A stretch of 64,000 nt of DNA from Blastocystis sp. Blastoise (taxonomy: Eukaryota > Protista > Bigyra: Opalinata): assembly GCA_039096225.1 (NCBI GenBank), contig JBBPEB010000005.1:558001-622000 (forward strand). The letters are read 5' to 3'. How positions within the stretch are numbered: the first letter of the stretch is position 1; the number at the start of each line of letters is the position of its first letter. This document shows, in pieces, positions 55,641 to 64,000 of this stretch. Both the position numbers and the translations under genes were made by a program. Under the pieces are notes generated by a model. The model worked only from the letters and a program-made list of their open reading frames with translations. It was not told the DNA's origin and made no database searches.

Positions 55641-55931
55641 TGCAATAATTTGTAATACATATTACTCTAGCTGGTTTCATTTTGGATTTATATCCGTTGA
55701 TGAGTATTCTTTTTTATTAGTCTTAGTCTCTTTAATATGAATATCTGCAATATCAACGACATATATGATATTATATTTGAATCAATAACAAAACAATGAT
55801 CTTATAAATAAGAAGACATTTATATTAAATATGATTAATTAAAAATATTTTATATTATTAGGAATGTAAAAAAATTAATATGTATTATAGATTATAATAA
55901 GTATATACATAGACTTATCATTTAAAAAATA

Positions 55932-58203
55932 CTACTTTCTTCTCTTCGAACTATATTCTGATGATTCTACATCTTCAAGTGTAGGAATTGAGGCAATATC
56001 AGTTTCTTCATATTTCTCTTTTTCAGCTTCAACTGCACACTCATTCAAACACTCCAAAGCTGGAATACTGTTCTTTATTTTCCAATACTTATTTTTCAGA
56101 TAATAAGATGTTATATGAGAATAGTTAAACTTAGATGGTCGACCTGATTTACGAATTGGATTATTTGGTCCTGTAATATTTATGTGACTTTCTTCTTTCA
56201 AGCATGAATCATCTATTCTTCTATATATAACAAAAAAAAATATTTATATAATATGTATTATATATATCATTACCTATCTACATAATAATTATAATAAGTA
56301 TTCATATGGTTCTTATATGGAATGAAGTATTTGGCAATAGTATTGAAATCGTCAATTCCTTGTTGATTATACGAAACACTGCTATTATACTTTTTATATA
56401 GAAGAATAGCATGTATACAAGGATAACCTTGGTATTGAAAAATTGAACAAGAACATGTATTCTGTTCAAAATTAATTATGTATTCACGGTTTTCTTCTTC
56501 CATTACTAGTCTATATAAACCCTTATTTATACTCTTATATGATATCACATTAGAAACAAATATATCAGCCATATCAAACTCTTTTTGAAAGTAAGGAAGA
56601 AAGAATGATATATGAGGTGCCTCTTTTATTTTCAGTTGATAATTAATTGCATGATTATAGATTTCAAACAATACCTTCTGTATAGACATTCCTCTTATGT
56701 CACTAATAAGATTATTAAATGACTCGGCCAAACTTGAGGCAATGTATCCATATCTGGATACATGAGGTGGTAGATCTATATTATACATATTCTTTCCCCT
56801 TTGTGAGAGTATTTGCTTCTTCTGGTTCTCTGTTATTGAAGAATCATTAATAAGCTTATAGAATTCTTCTTCATCATCAATTAGAATGAGTTGTGATATT
56901 AGTCCTATTATTCTTGAATTCACATTTGTCATCTTCTTTAGAATATGAAATGCACATGATATATATGTGCATTCAGGAAAGACTACTCCTAGGCTTCCTT
57001 TGAGACCTTTGTCCATATCTGAGAAAAATGTTATGTTTGTAGTTTTACATGACATGAGTTCAAGTGCTTTTTTCAGATTAGTTTGGAAATCACTCCAGGT
57101 AGCTAAACACTCTACAGCATATATACCATAAGCAAGAAGAAGTATTTGTCTATTAATAGTAATGGATATAGCAGTTAATATGATATGATCATTCATATAC
57201 ATATGAGTTCCATCCATAAAGATTACTGCTTTATTTCCCTTCTTATATAATGCTATATTTGATTTAATAGATACAAAAGAATATAGAAACTCATGACTTA
57301 TTACTTTATTATTCCCTACTGCTTTGTTTAATTCTCTATCCATGTTTATTTCTTCATGTATATTCATATTGGAATTATTTCCACTACAAACTGAATCATT
57401 TTCAGAATAATTCAGAACACTATCTTCCAAGTTTACTCTGAAAGTTTCATCTTGTTCTAAATGATTATCTACTATATTCTCATCTATATTAGATTGAATA
57501 TAAGAAGAAGAAGGATAAGCATTAATATTCTTATATGTATATCCTGGAGGGAGGCAACCATATATAGCATAATTTTCTTTGCTTATTATACTTTTTATAA
57601 TACATGGTATTTTACTATAGTCATTAGTTGACTTAATACCTAATTCTCTTAAGGCGTTTCTTGCTATTTCATATGAAACACTGATATTCTTCTTCTCCAG
57701 GAATTGTTTTAACTGAGATATTGATTTGAAATACTTGGCTAGATTATTTTCCTTTAAATAACTCACAACATCATTTGAGCTTATATCTTGATTGTATTTA
57801 TGTGACTTATATTGAATAAATATACATTTATCAGAAATATCTTTAAATATATTATTAAATCTATCTTCTGTAATTCCTTCATTTTGTTCTTCATAAGAAA
57901 ACACATTATCTATTGATGTATCTTCAATATTCAATTCTATATCAATTGTTCTACTTTCTTCATCTTCATGATTATTATCCTTTGATTTATTTATATCTTC
58001 TATGACCATTTCAGAATTTTTACTAGATATGAATGGATCTTCTAAGATAGGAAGAGTTTGGGTATTTGTAGGATTAGAATTAGCATCTGAGCTCCGAGAA
58101 TTGTGTGTAAAATTGATAGTTTCATGTATCTCAGCTTCATCTTCATGATTTTGATCATTACTATTACTAGCATCTTTTGATAGAATCATTGGATTAAGAC
58201 TTA

Positions 58204-58262
<59 letters not shown>

Positions 58263-59286
58263 TTCTTTGCTTCTTTCTATGCATCTCTCTCTATCTCTTC
58301 CATCTCTTACTCTCTCAATATATATATATATATTAGATATTTTTTTCTATCGCTTTCTCTCTCTCTCTCTATATATATATATCTGTCGTTCTCTCTTTAT
58401 ATATTCATAAATGTTTCTTTCTTTCATTCTTACTATATATATAATAGAATTTTTCTTTCTTTCTTTCTCTCTGTATATATTATATAATCTTCCTTTCTCT
58501 ATATATATAGGTGGATATTTCTTCTATTACTCTCATACATTGAATTAATATATAACACTTTTCACATACATATACTACTGTATTTCATTTTTTTCTCTCT
58601 ATATATTTATTTTCCTCTTTTTCCTTCTTTATTCAATGTATAGATTTCTCTCTCACAATTTATATATTGATATATATATATACCTTATATTAAATTGATG
58701 ATTTTTAATTCGATTTTTTATCACTGTATATAATAGAATATTATATACATTATATATTATATTTATATTTAGTTACTTGTCTTAATAATTTGATAATCTA
58801 TTTTATTTTGTTTGTTAAGCTTAATGTAAATCATATTAAAACGATTGCATTTCTATATTAATAATAAGTATAAACTATAATAATTAATTAAATAACATAC
58901 AGTTGAGTCATGATGACAGTATCTTTTCATTATCCATCCAGAAACGTCGTCACCTTGGAAATGAAGCATAAACGGGCAATCGGAAACACAACATTTGTAA
59001 ATAATTCTTCCTTTTTCTGATTTTTGAACCTTAATTGGATATCCTAGCTTTTGCATTTGAATTGAGACATCACTTTTGAGTTTAGACTTATTTTCGTACA
59101 TAATTTGTACTCCATATGTTTCTTCATTTTCAAATTTCTTAATTTCTTCACTATTTTTGAAGTCACTGTAATCAACCTTATTCATACAAAAACGATTTTC
59201 CACATCTTCTTGTGGCTGACTTGAATCAATTGTCTAATTATTAAAAAATAATAATGAAAATGTGTTTTTCGTCTATATACAGACAT
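55932..59286 (-). CDS. Mutator/MuDR-family DDE transposase, 892 aa; exons 59281-59286, 58901-59233, 58777-58852, 58684-58723, 56274-58208, 55932-56220
   Basis: Intron phases 0, 0, 1, 2, 2 are all compatible and total 2679 nt. N-terminal C-x4-C..HH Zn domain. MULE core IFMDGTH, FFSDMDKGL, CAFH, LAESFNN. SWIM finger CSC..GYPCIH. C-terminal RKSGRP. Confidence 0.92.
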
Positions 59287-59799
59287 AGTTGCCGACAATT
59301 TGTAGTAATTAACTTTTTAGTCGTGTAGATATAGTGAAAAATAAATAAATGTATTTTTTGGTGATTTATAACTGCAAATATTATTTTTATAGAGGAAAAT
59401 CACCAAAAAATCAGGAAAATTAGCATTGTTGTTTTCTAAATGCTTTATTTGAGAGCAGTACTATATATTATTACATTATAAATGACTCCAGTCAATTGAT
59501 AAAAGTATCTGAAATATTTATATTATATTTAGTTTAAAAATTCTAGCAATTATATAAAATATGTAAAAATAAAATGCTGGTTTTAACTTAGATAGTTATT
59601 TTTCTTCATTATTATGAGAATTTATTAAATTTTTTTAATGTCTTACATAGTATAAGCTTCACTTGTGAAATATAATAAATCAAATATAAAAATATTCTGG
59701 AGTTTTTTTTCTAATTCTAACAAAATAAAGAAAAAGAATTTTAATTGGTTATTAAGAAATTTGTGTTTTCAAAGTACCAATCGTTTAGAGTCTTGAAAA

Positions 59800-59946
59800 A
59801 GTTTTGGGTATTTCTAACAATTTTGTAAAATTTTTGGGTATTTTAACAAAAATTTTGAATATTTTTGGGTATTTCTAACAATTCGTTTTTTTTTTGGGTA
59901 GGTTAAAATAATTATGGTATTTTTTGGGTATTTCTAACAATGCCTC
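59800..59946 (-). repeat. MULE-B right TIR, five motif copies at about 30-bp period
   Basis: GGGTA(TTTCTAACA) at 59806, 59836, 59867, 59896 and 59926. Confidence 0.9.
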
Positions 59947-59955
59947 ATTGTTTTA

Positions 59956-60978
59956 GGTGGAGATTTTAGACAATGTTTACCAGTAGTTAAAAATGGAAAT
60001 GAATCATCTACTGTTGGTGTATGTTTGAAAAGATTTAAATATTGGAATAATTTTATACAATGTCATTTAGTTCAGAATATGAGAGCAGATAGAGATGCTT
60101 TAGATTTTAAAGAATGGCTAATGAAAGTAGGAAATGGTGAACGATTAAATAATGAATCTGATTTGAATGATAATATTGTAGAAATACCTTCACAATGTAT
60201 AAGTACAGAAAATTTATATAAAGAGATATGGGAGAATATACTTCATAATAGAAATATTTTATCAGAACAACATAGAAAAGATTTATCTGAGAATTGTATT
60301 TTATGTTGTACGAATGAAGATACTTTTGATATAAATGAGAAAGTATTAGATTTAATACCTTCTTCAGAATCAGAAAAAATATATTATAGTTTTGATACTT
60401 TAGAAGATGAAATAGTTAATGATTCTGAAAGAGCTGCTTATTCTCCTGAATTTCTTAATACTCTTCTTCCTCAAGGATTTCCTCCTCATAAATTAAGACT
60501 AAGAAAAGGCTGTATTATTATGTTATTGAGAAATCTTAATATAAAGAAAGGTTTATGTAATGGAACAAGATTAGTTGTTCTTGAAACATTAAATAATGTT
60601 ATTCGTGCTCAATTATTAAATAAGCCAGATAATTTATTACCTGGTGAAGATATTGTATTTATTCCAAGAATCAGTTTAATTACTTCTGATGATTCACTTC
60701 CTACTAAGATGAGAAGAAAACAATTTCCTGTTCGATTAGCTTTTGCTATGACTATTAATAAATCACAAGGTCAAACATTTAAAAATGTTGGATTATATTT
60801 AAAGAGACCTGTATTTAGTCATGGTCAATTATATGTTGCTTTCAGTAGAGTTCGTTCTTTTAATGGTTTACATATTTATGCTGAAAATTGTAATAACAAT
60901 AATCAAGGACATCTTAGTAAAAACTATCCTAATAAGGTATTTACGACTAATTGTATTTTTGATGGAGTTTTAAATTAG
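59956..60978 (+). pseudogene. Helitron-2 RepHel, part 3 (helicase motifs III-VI)
   Basis: GGDFRQCLPVV, LRNLN..GLCNGTRL, QFPVRLAFAMTINKSQGQT, HGQLYVAFSRV; stop at 60976-60978. Confidence 0.93.
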
Positions 60979-61183
60979 TTATCGTTTTATTTGTTTTATT
61001 TGTTTTATTCTATTCTGTGATTTCTTTTATATTTGCTATTGTCTGTTTATATATTTGTTTTTATTTATTATTTTTCTCTTTTCAATTTTTATTTGTTGTC
61101 TTAAAAGTTAAATATAGAATATTCTATTGTTTTGTTAAAACTTAAAAACCAAAAACTAAAAATAGATATTTTAAAATAAAACT

Positions 61184-61221
61184 CAAGCGTAGGCCTGCGT
61201 AGGCAGGCCGTGAAACGCTTG
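61184..61221 (+). terminator. Helitron-2 3' terminal hairpin ending CTTG|T
   Basis: caagcgt-a-ggcctgc-GTAG-gcaggcc-gtgaa-acgcttg, about 200 nt after the RepHel stop; Helitron-1 has a similar spacing. Confidence 0.75.
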
Positions 61222-61604
61222 TATATATTATTTTATTTATTTTTTCATTTTATTTTAGTAGGGACCTTATGAATTCCTTATTTTAAAATAATTATTCTTA
61301 TATATTCGTTACATATACAAGTTCAGTGAATTGTTATATATATATATATTATTCACATATTTGCTTTTTTATTTCATATATATAATTACTAGGGTCACGC
61401 CGCAGGTCCGGGGCCTAACGGCACCGGACCGCGGCTGCAATGAATAATAACTGTTTGGTTTTTATTTACTTTCTTTCCTTTTTATCTATTATATATTATA
61501 TATTATATATTATATAATATATATTATTTATTAAATATTATCTATAATATGTTACTTATTATATATTATATATTATATATTATATATATTATTTTAATAA
61601 CACT

Positions 61605-61672
61605 TCTTATACTCTATATGGAGAGTAGCAATCATTTATTGATTGTAATCAGGTTCAATTCCTGATATAAGA
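61605..61672 (+). ncRNA. 68-nt tRNA-like cloverleaf, copy F (inside the Helitron-3 end)
   Basis: tcttata|ctct-atatgg-agag|ta|gcaatc-atttatt-gattgt|aa|tcagg-ttcaatt-cctga|tataaga. Confidence 0.85.
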
Positions 61673-63136
61673 ACTAAATAGATTATTTGAATAGTATCTG
61701 AAAAACTAAAAACAATACTTGAAGAAAATAAGAAATCCTTTTTGAATCATTATATTTGTTATTTATTATTTTAAAAATATATTTTGTATTTATAAATAGT
61801 TGAGTTACTGCTTTAATTATTATGGAGTTTCTAAAGCTAATAAATTTAGAAATGGGTCATAATGTTAAGTATTGAAAAATATTTTTATGTTGTAAAATCA
61901 TTTTAAATAGATTATAATAAAATAGCATAAACTTATTTTAATCATTTCATAAAACTAAAACAAATCTAACACAACAAAGTCAACATTCATTTTGACTTTA
62001 ACAACTTAAACACAAAGTTTTTGAATTAATATTAATAAATTCAATCTAAATAGCATTTCTAAACACAAAAGTGTCAACAATATTACTTTTAGAGAGACTT
62101 TACCATTTCGATATCAAGTGTATCAAAATAGTTTTAGACATAACTTTCACATAGTATAGATCTCATTATTTTATTTATTAATTCAAGTTTAATGTCTTGA
62201 ATCTCTGACTTCAAGATCATTTTTAACACATTTTGAAAGGTTGACACACTTATAATTAATTTTAAAAGCTAATATTATAACATTATACTCATCATAACTC
62301 TATCAACATAAGAGTCACCATTTTGACACTCTTTATAAACATTTTACATTTGGTCATACACTTTGTCAAGTGTATTTTTGTCCTTTCTTTTGATATAATT
62401 TAGAATATAATTCATAGTTTGATAAATAAAATATTTTATATTGAATCTCATCCTTTGGATAATTCATTTCTACATTTAAAAATATTAATCCCTTTAAACT
62501 TGTTTTTAAAAGTCAAAATTTTCATAGTCTAATGAAAACACAATTTTAAAAGAATATACTAACTCTTTAAAATTTCTAGACAACTCAAACACATTGTTAA
62601 TTCACTTTTCAAAAATGAAATTCTCTTATTTTTTAATATGTTGTAGAATTTAGCTTATTATATATTAAACTTCTATTAGAATTTCGAATCTCCTATTTTA
62701 AGATAATATTTTTTATTTTACAACCTTAAAGTTACTTTTATGAGTTAATACGTTCACAAAATTATGTAAATATAAATGCGAGTAAACAGAGAAACTCAAA
62801 ACTTAAATATCTCAATTATTGACAGTTTTAAATCAGTAATACTATACAGTGTTAAAAGTGACAATAAATGTTTTAAAATTTAATTCAAATATTTAAAAAC
62901 TTGACACTATTTAACATACTAAGTATTTCAAGAATTATCTTAATAGTCGACACAATTTAAATAAAAAAAAAAGAAAAAGAACAAAACAAAAATAGCAAAA
63001 GAAAACATTTAAATATAGAATAGCTAAAACGATAACAACAGCATAAATAAATAAATAATATAAAGAAAGCAGATAATAGAAAGCTATTAAATGTGAAAAA
63101 TAATAATAATAATAAGCAAAAGAAAAAGAAAAAGAA

Positions 63137-63688
63137 CTAAAAAAAAAAAAATCTAAACATAACCATAACACTAAGAGAACCTATATAGATAAAAGATATA
63201 TATATATAATAAGAGATAGTATAATAAATATATCTAACATATATATATTAAAAGAAATATTATAAATATTTGTTATATATATATATATATACCTTTAGAT
63301 ACATTTTTATTATTAAAATGAAAGCTAACATTAGGGTGATAAGATCCCCTATTAGAAAAGACACCTATATATAATATAATAAATGATAAAATATATATAA
63401 ACAATAAATATATATATATACCTTCTAAAGAAGGAACAGAGGAATCACCATGATATCTTAACTGACTTGAAGAACCTATATATAATGAAAAGATAATTAA
63501 TAAATCAAAAAAAAAAGAAAGGAAGAAATAAGAATATACCTGTATCATTATTACTATTAATCCAAGACTCCATAAGAAAAGAACGACCTATATAAGATAA
63601 AAATAATAATAAACTAAATTAAATTTAAAAAGTAGACAACCTTCATCATTAATACGTTCAGCAACTACAACCACAACAGTAGAATAAC
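63137..63688 (-). CDS. Small unknown micro-exon protein (exons 63641-63688, 63540-63587, 63422-63475, 63293-63364, 63137-63180); first exon unresolved
   Basis: Exons of 48, 48, 54 and 72 nt; every intron splits a Gly codon (G|GT, phase 1). The joined frame is open (YSTVVVVVAERINDEGRSFLMESWINSNNDTGSSSQLRYHGD...). TGTTTTGTT lies about 150 nt downstream (62980-62988). Confidence 0.6.
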
Positions 63689-64000
63689 CTATAAAGAAAC
63701 AGTAATAGACAAATAATAAATAAAAAAAAAATAATAATAAATGAATGACAATATATATTAATATCCTTAATTTAGTTCATGTAGCGTACGGTGTCTCACA
63801 CACTTTCACATTTATTGACTTTGTTATTAACTTTTATAAAATAAAAATAACATCATAAAAACCGGAACACAATTCTGAAAATGACTGTTAAAGAAATTTT
63901 TCGAAAACTCTAAATTTCTGGCTAAAAAACGCAAAAAACCATTTTCGCACAAAATTTTAACCAAAATTATTGGATTATTTCTATTTTATCCAATATTTTT

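Larger units (their letters stand above)
39585..59946 (-). mobile_element. MULE-B: giant (20,362 bp) probably autonomous Mutator-like element
   Basis: 9-bp TSD ATTGTTTTA at 39576-39584 and 59947-59955. TIRs G-n6-TGTTAGAAATACCCA at both ends. Removal restores GKTIVLGGDFRQCLPVV. Intact transposase inside. Confidence 0.95.
7493..61221 (+). mobile_element. Helitron-2, interrupted by MULE-A and MULE-B (5' end not identified)
   Basis: RepHel lies in three pieces that rejoin in frame after removing both insertions plus one TSD copy each. 3' hairpin at 61184-61221. Confidence 0.88.
61389..64000 (-). mobile_element. Helitron-3 3' portion (extent to the right not established)
   Basis: Minus strand reads gccgc-ggtccggt-gcc-GTTA-ggc-cccggacc-t-gcggc-gtgacc-CTAG|T, ending at 61389. 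Same geometry as the Helitron-1 end. Confidence 0.7.

Noticed and set aside
12849-55655. Dozens of F/L/S/Y-rich or K/R/E-rich ORFs in the track
   Set aside because: They overlap in all frames of pyrimidine-rich strands where stops are compositionally rare, and frames are not preserved between the two MULE copies.
59800-59935. Telomere-like TTTTGGG repeats
   Set aside because: They are spaced every 30 bp and mirrored at 39592-39665, so they are MULE-B TIR motifs.
39568-59956. MULE-B (or MULE-A) removed as a giant intron, leaving RepHel-2 functional
   Set aside because: Element ends are not GT-AG. An in-frame GT(39568)..AG(59956) pair exists but would delete GKTIVL from helicase motif III, and the other introns here are under 500 nt.
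61605-61672. Ochre suppressor tRNA (central triplet TTA) or a reassigned genetic code
   Set aside because: The loop triplet varies among copies and the fold lacks canonical tRNA features. RepHel and transposase frames contain no internal stops and end at TAA/TAG.
61680-62930. Recurring TTGACAC motif downstream of cloverleaves (also near 31110 and 35323)
   Set aside because: Too short and too few copies to distinguish from background by eye, and no alignable homology between these regions.

Overview
Very AT-rich eukaryotic DNA with short GT-AG introns (mostly 40-70 nt). It reads as a nest of DNA transposons. (1) An apparently intact autonomous Helitron, with spliced RepHel 114-5906 and a GC hairpin plus CTAG end at 6117. 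(2) A second Helitron whose RepHel (7609-60978, about 1858 aa once rejoined) is cut in three by two giant Mutator-like elements with exact 9-bp TSDs. MULE-A (8824-36109, 27.3 kb) is non-autonomous. MULE-B (39585-59946, 20.4 kb) has an intact 6-exon, 892-aa transposase. (3) A CACTA element (9755-18302, 15-bp TIRs, ATG TSD) inside the MULE-A transposase exon. (4) The 3' end of a third Helitron on the minus strand at 61389. The two MULEs have different TIR motifs and distant transposases, yet share about 16 kb of apparently non-coding cargo in inverted orientation. The main unexplained signal is six copies of an exactly 68-nt non-canonical tRNA-like cloverleaf with compensatory stem changes and a variable anticodon loop. 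They lie in the CACTA, in both MULEs and next to the Helitron-3 terminus. Five of the six sit at the 3' end of a unit made of short spliced non-coding exons followed by a multi-kb low-complexity tract. Most short ORFs in the supplied track are low-complexity artefacts. A TGTTTTGTT motif downstream of the spliced genes suggests a Blastocystis-like protist (inference only). All alignments were done by eye.
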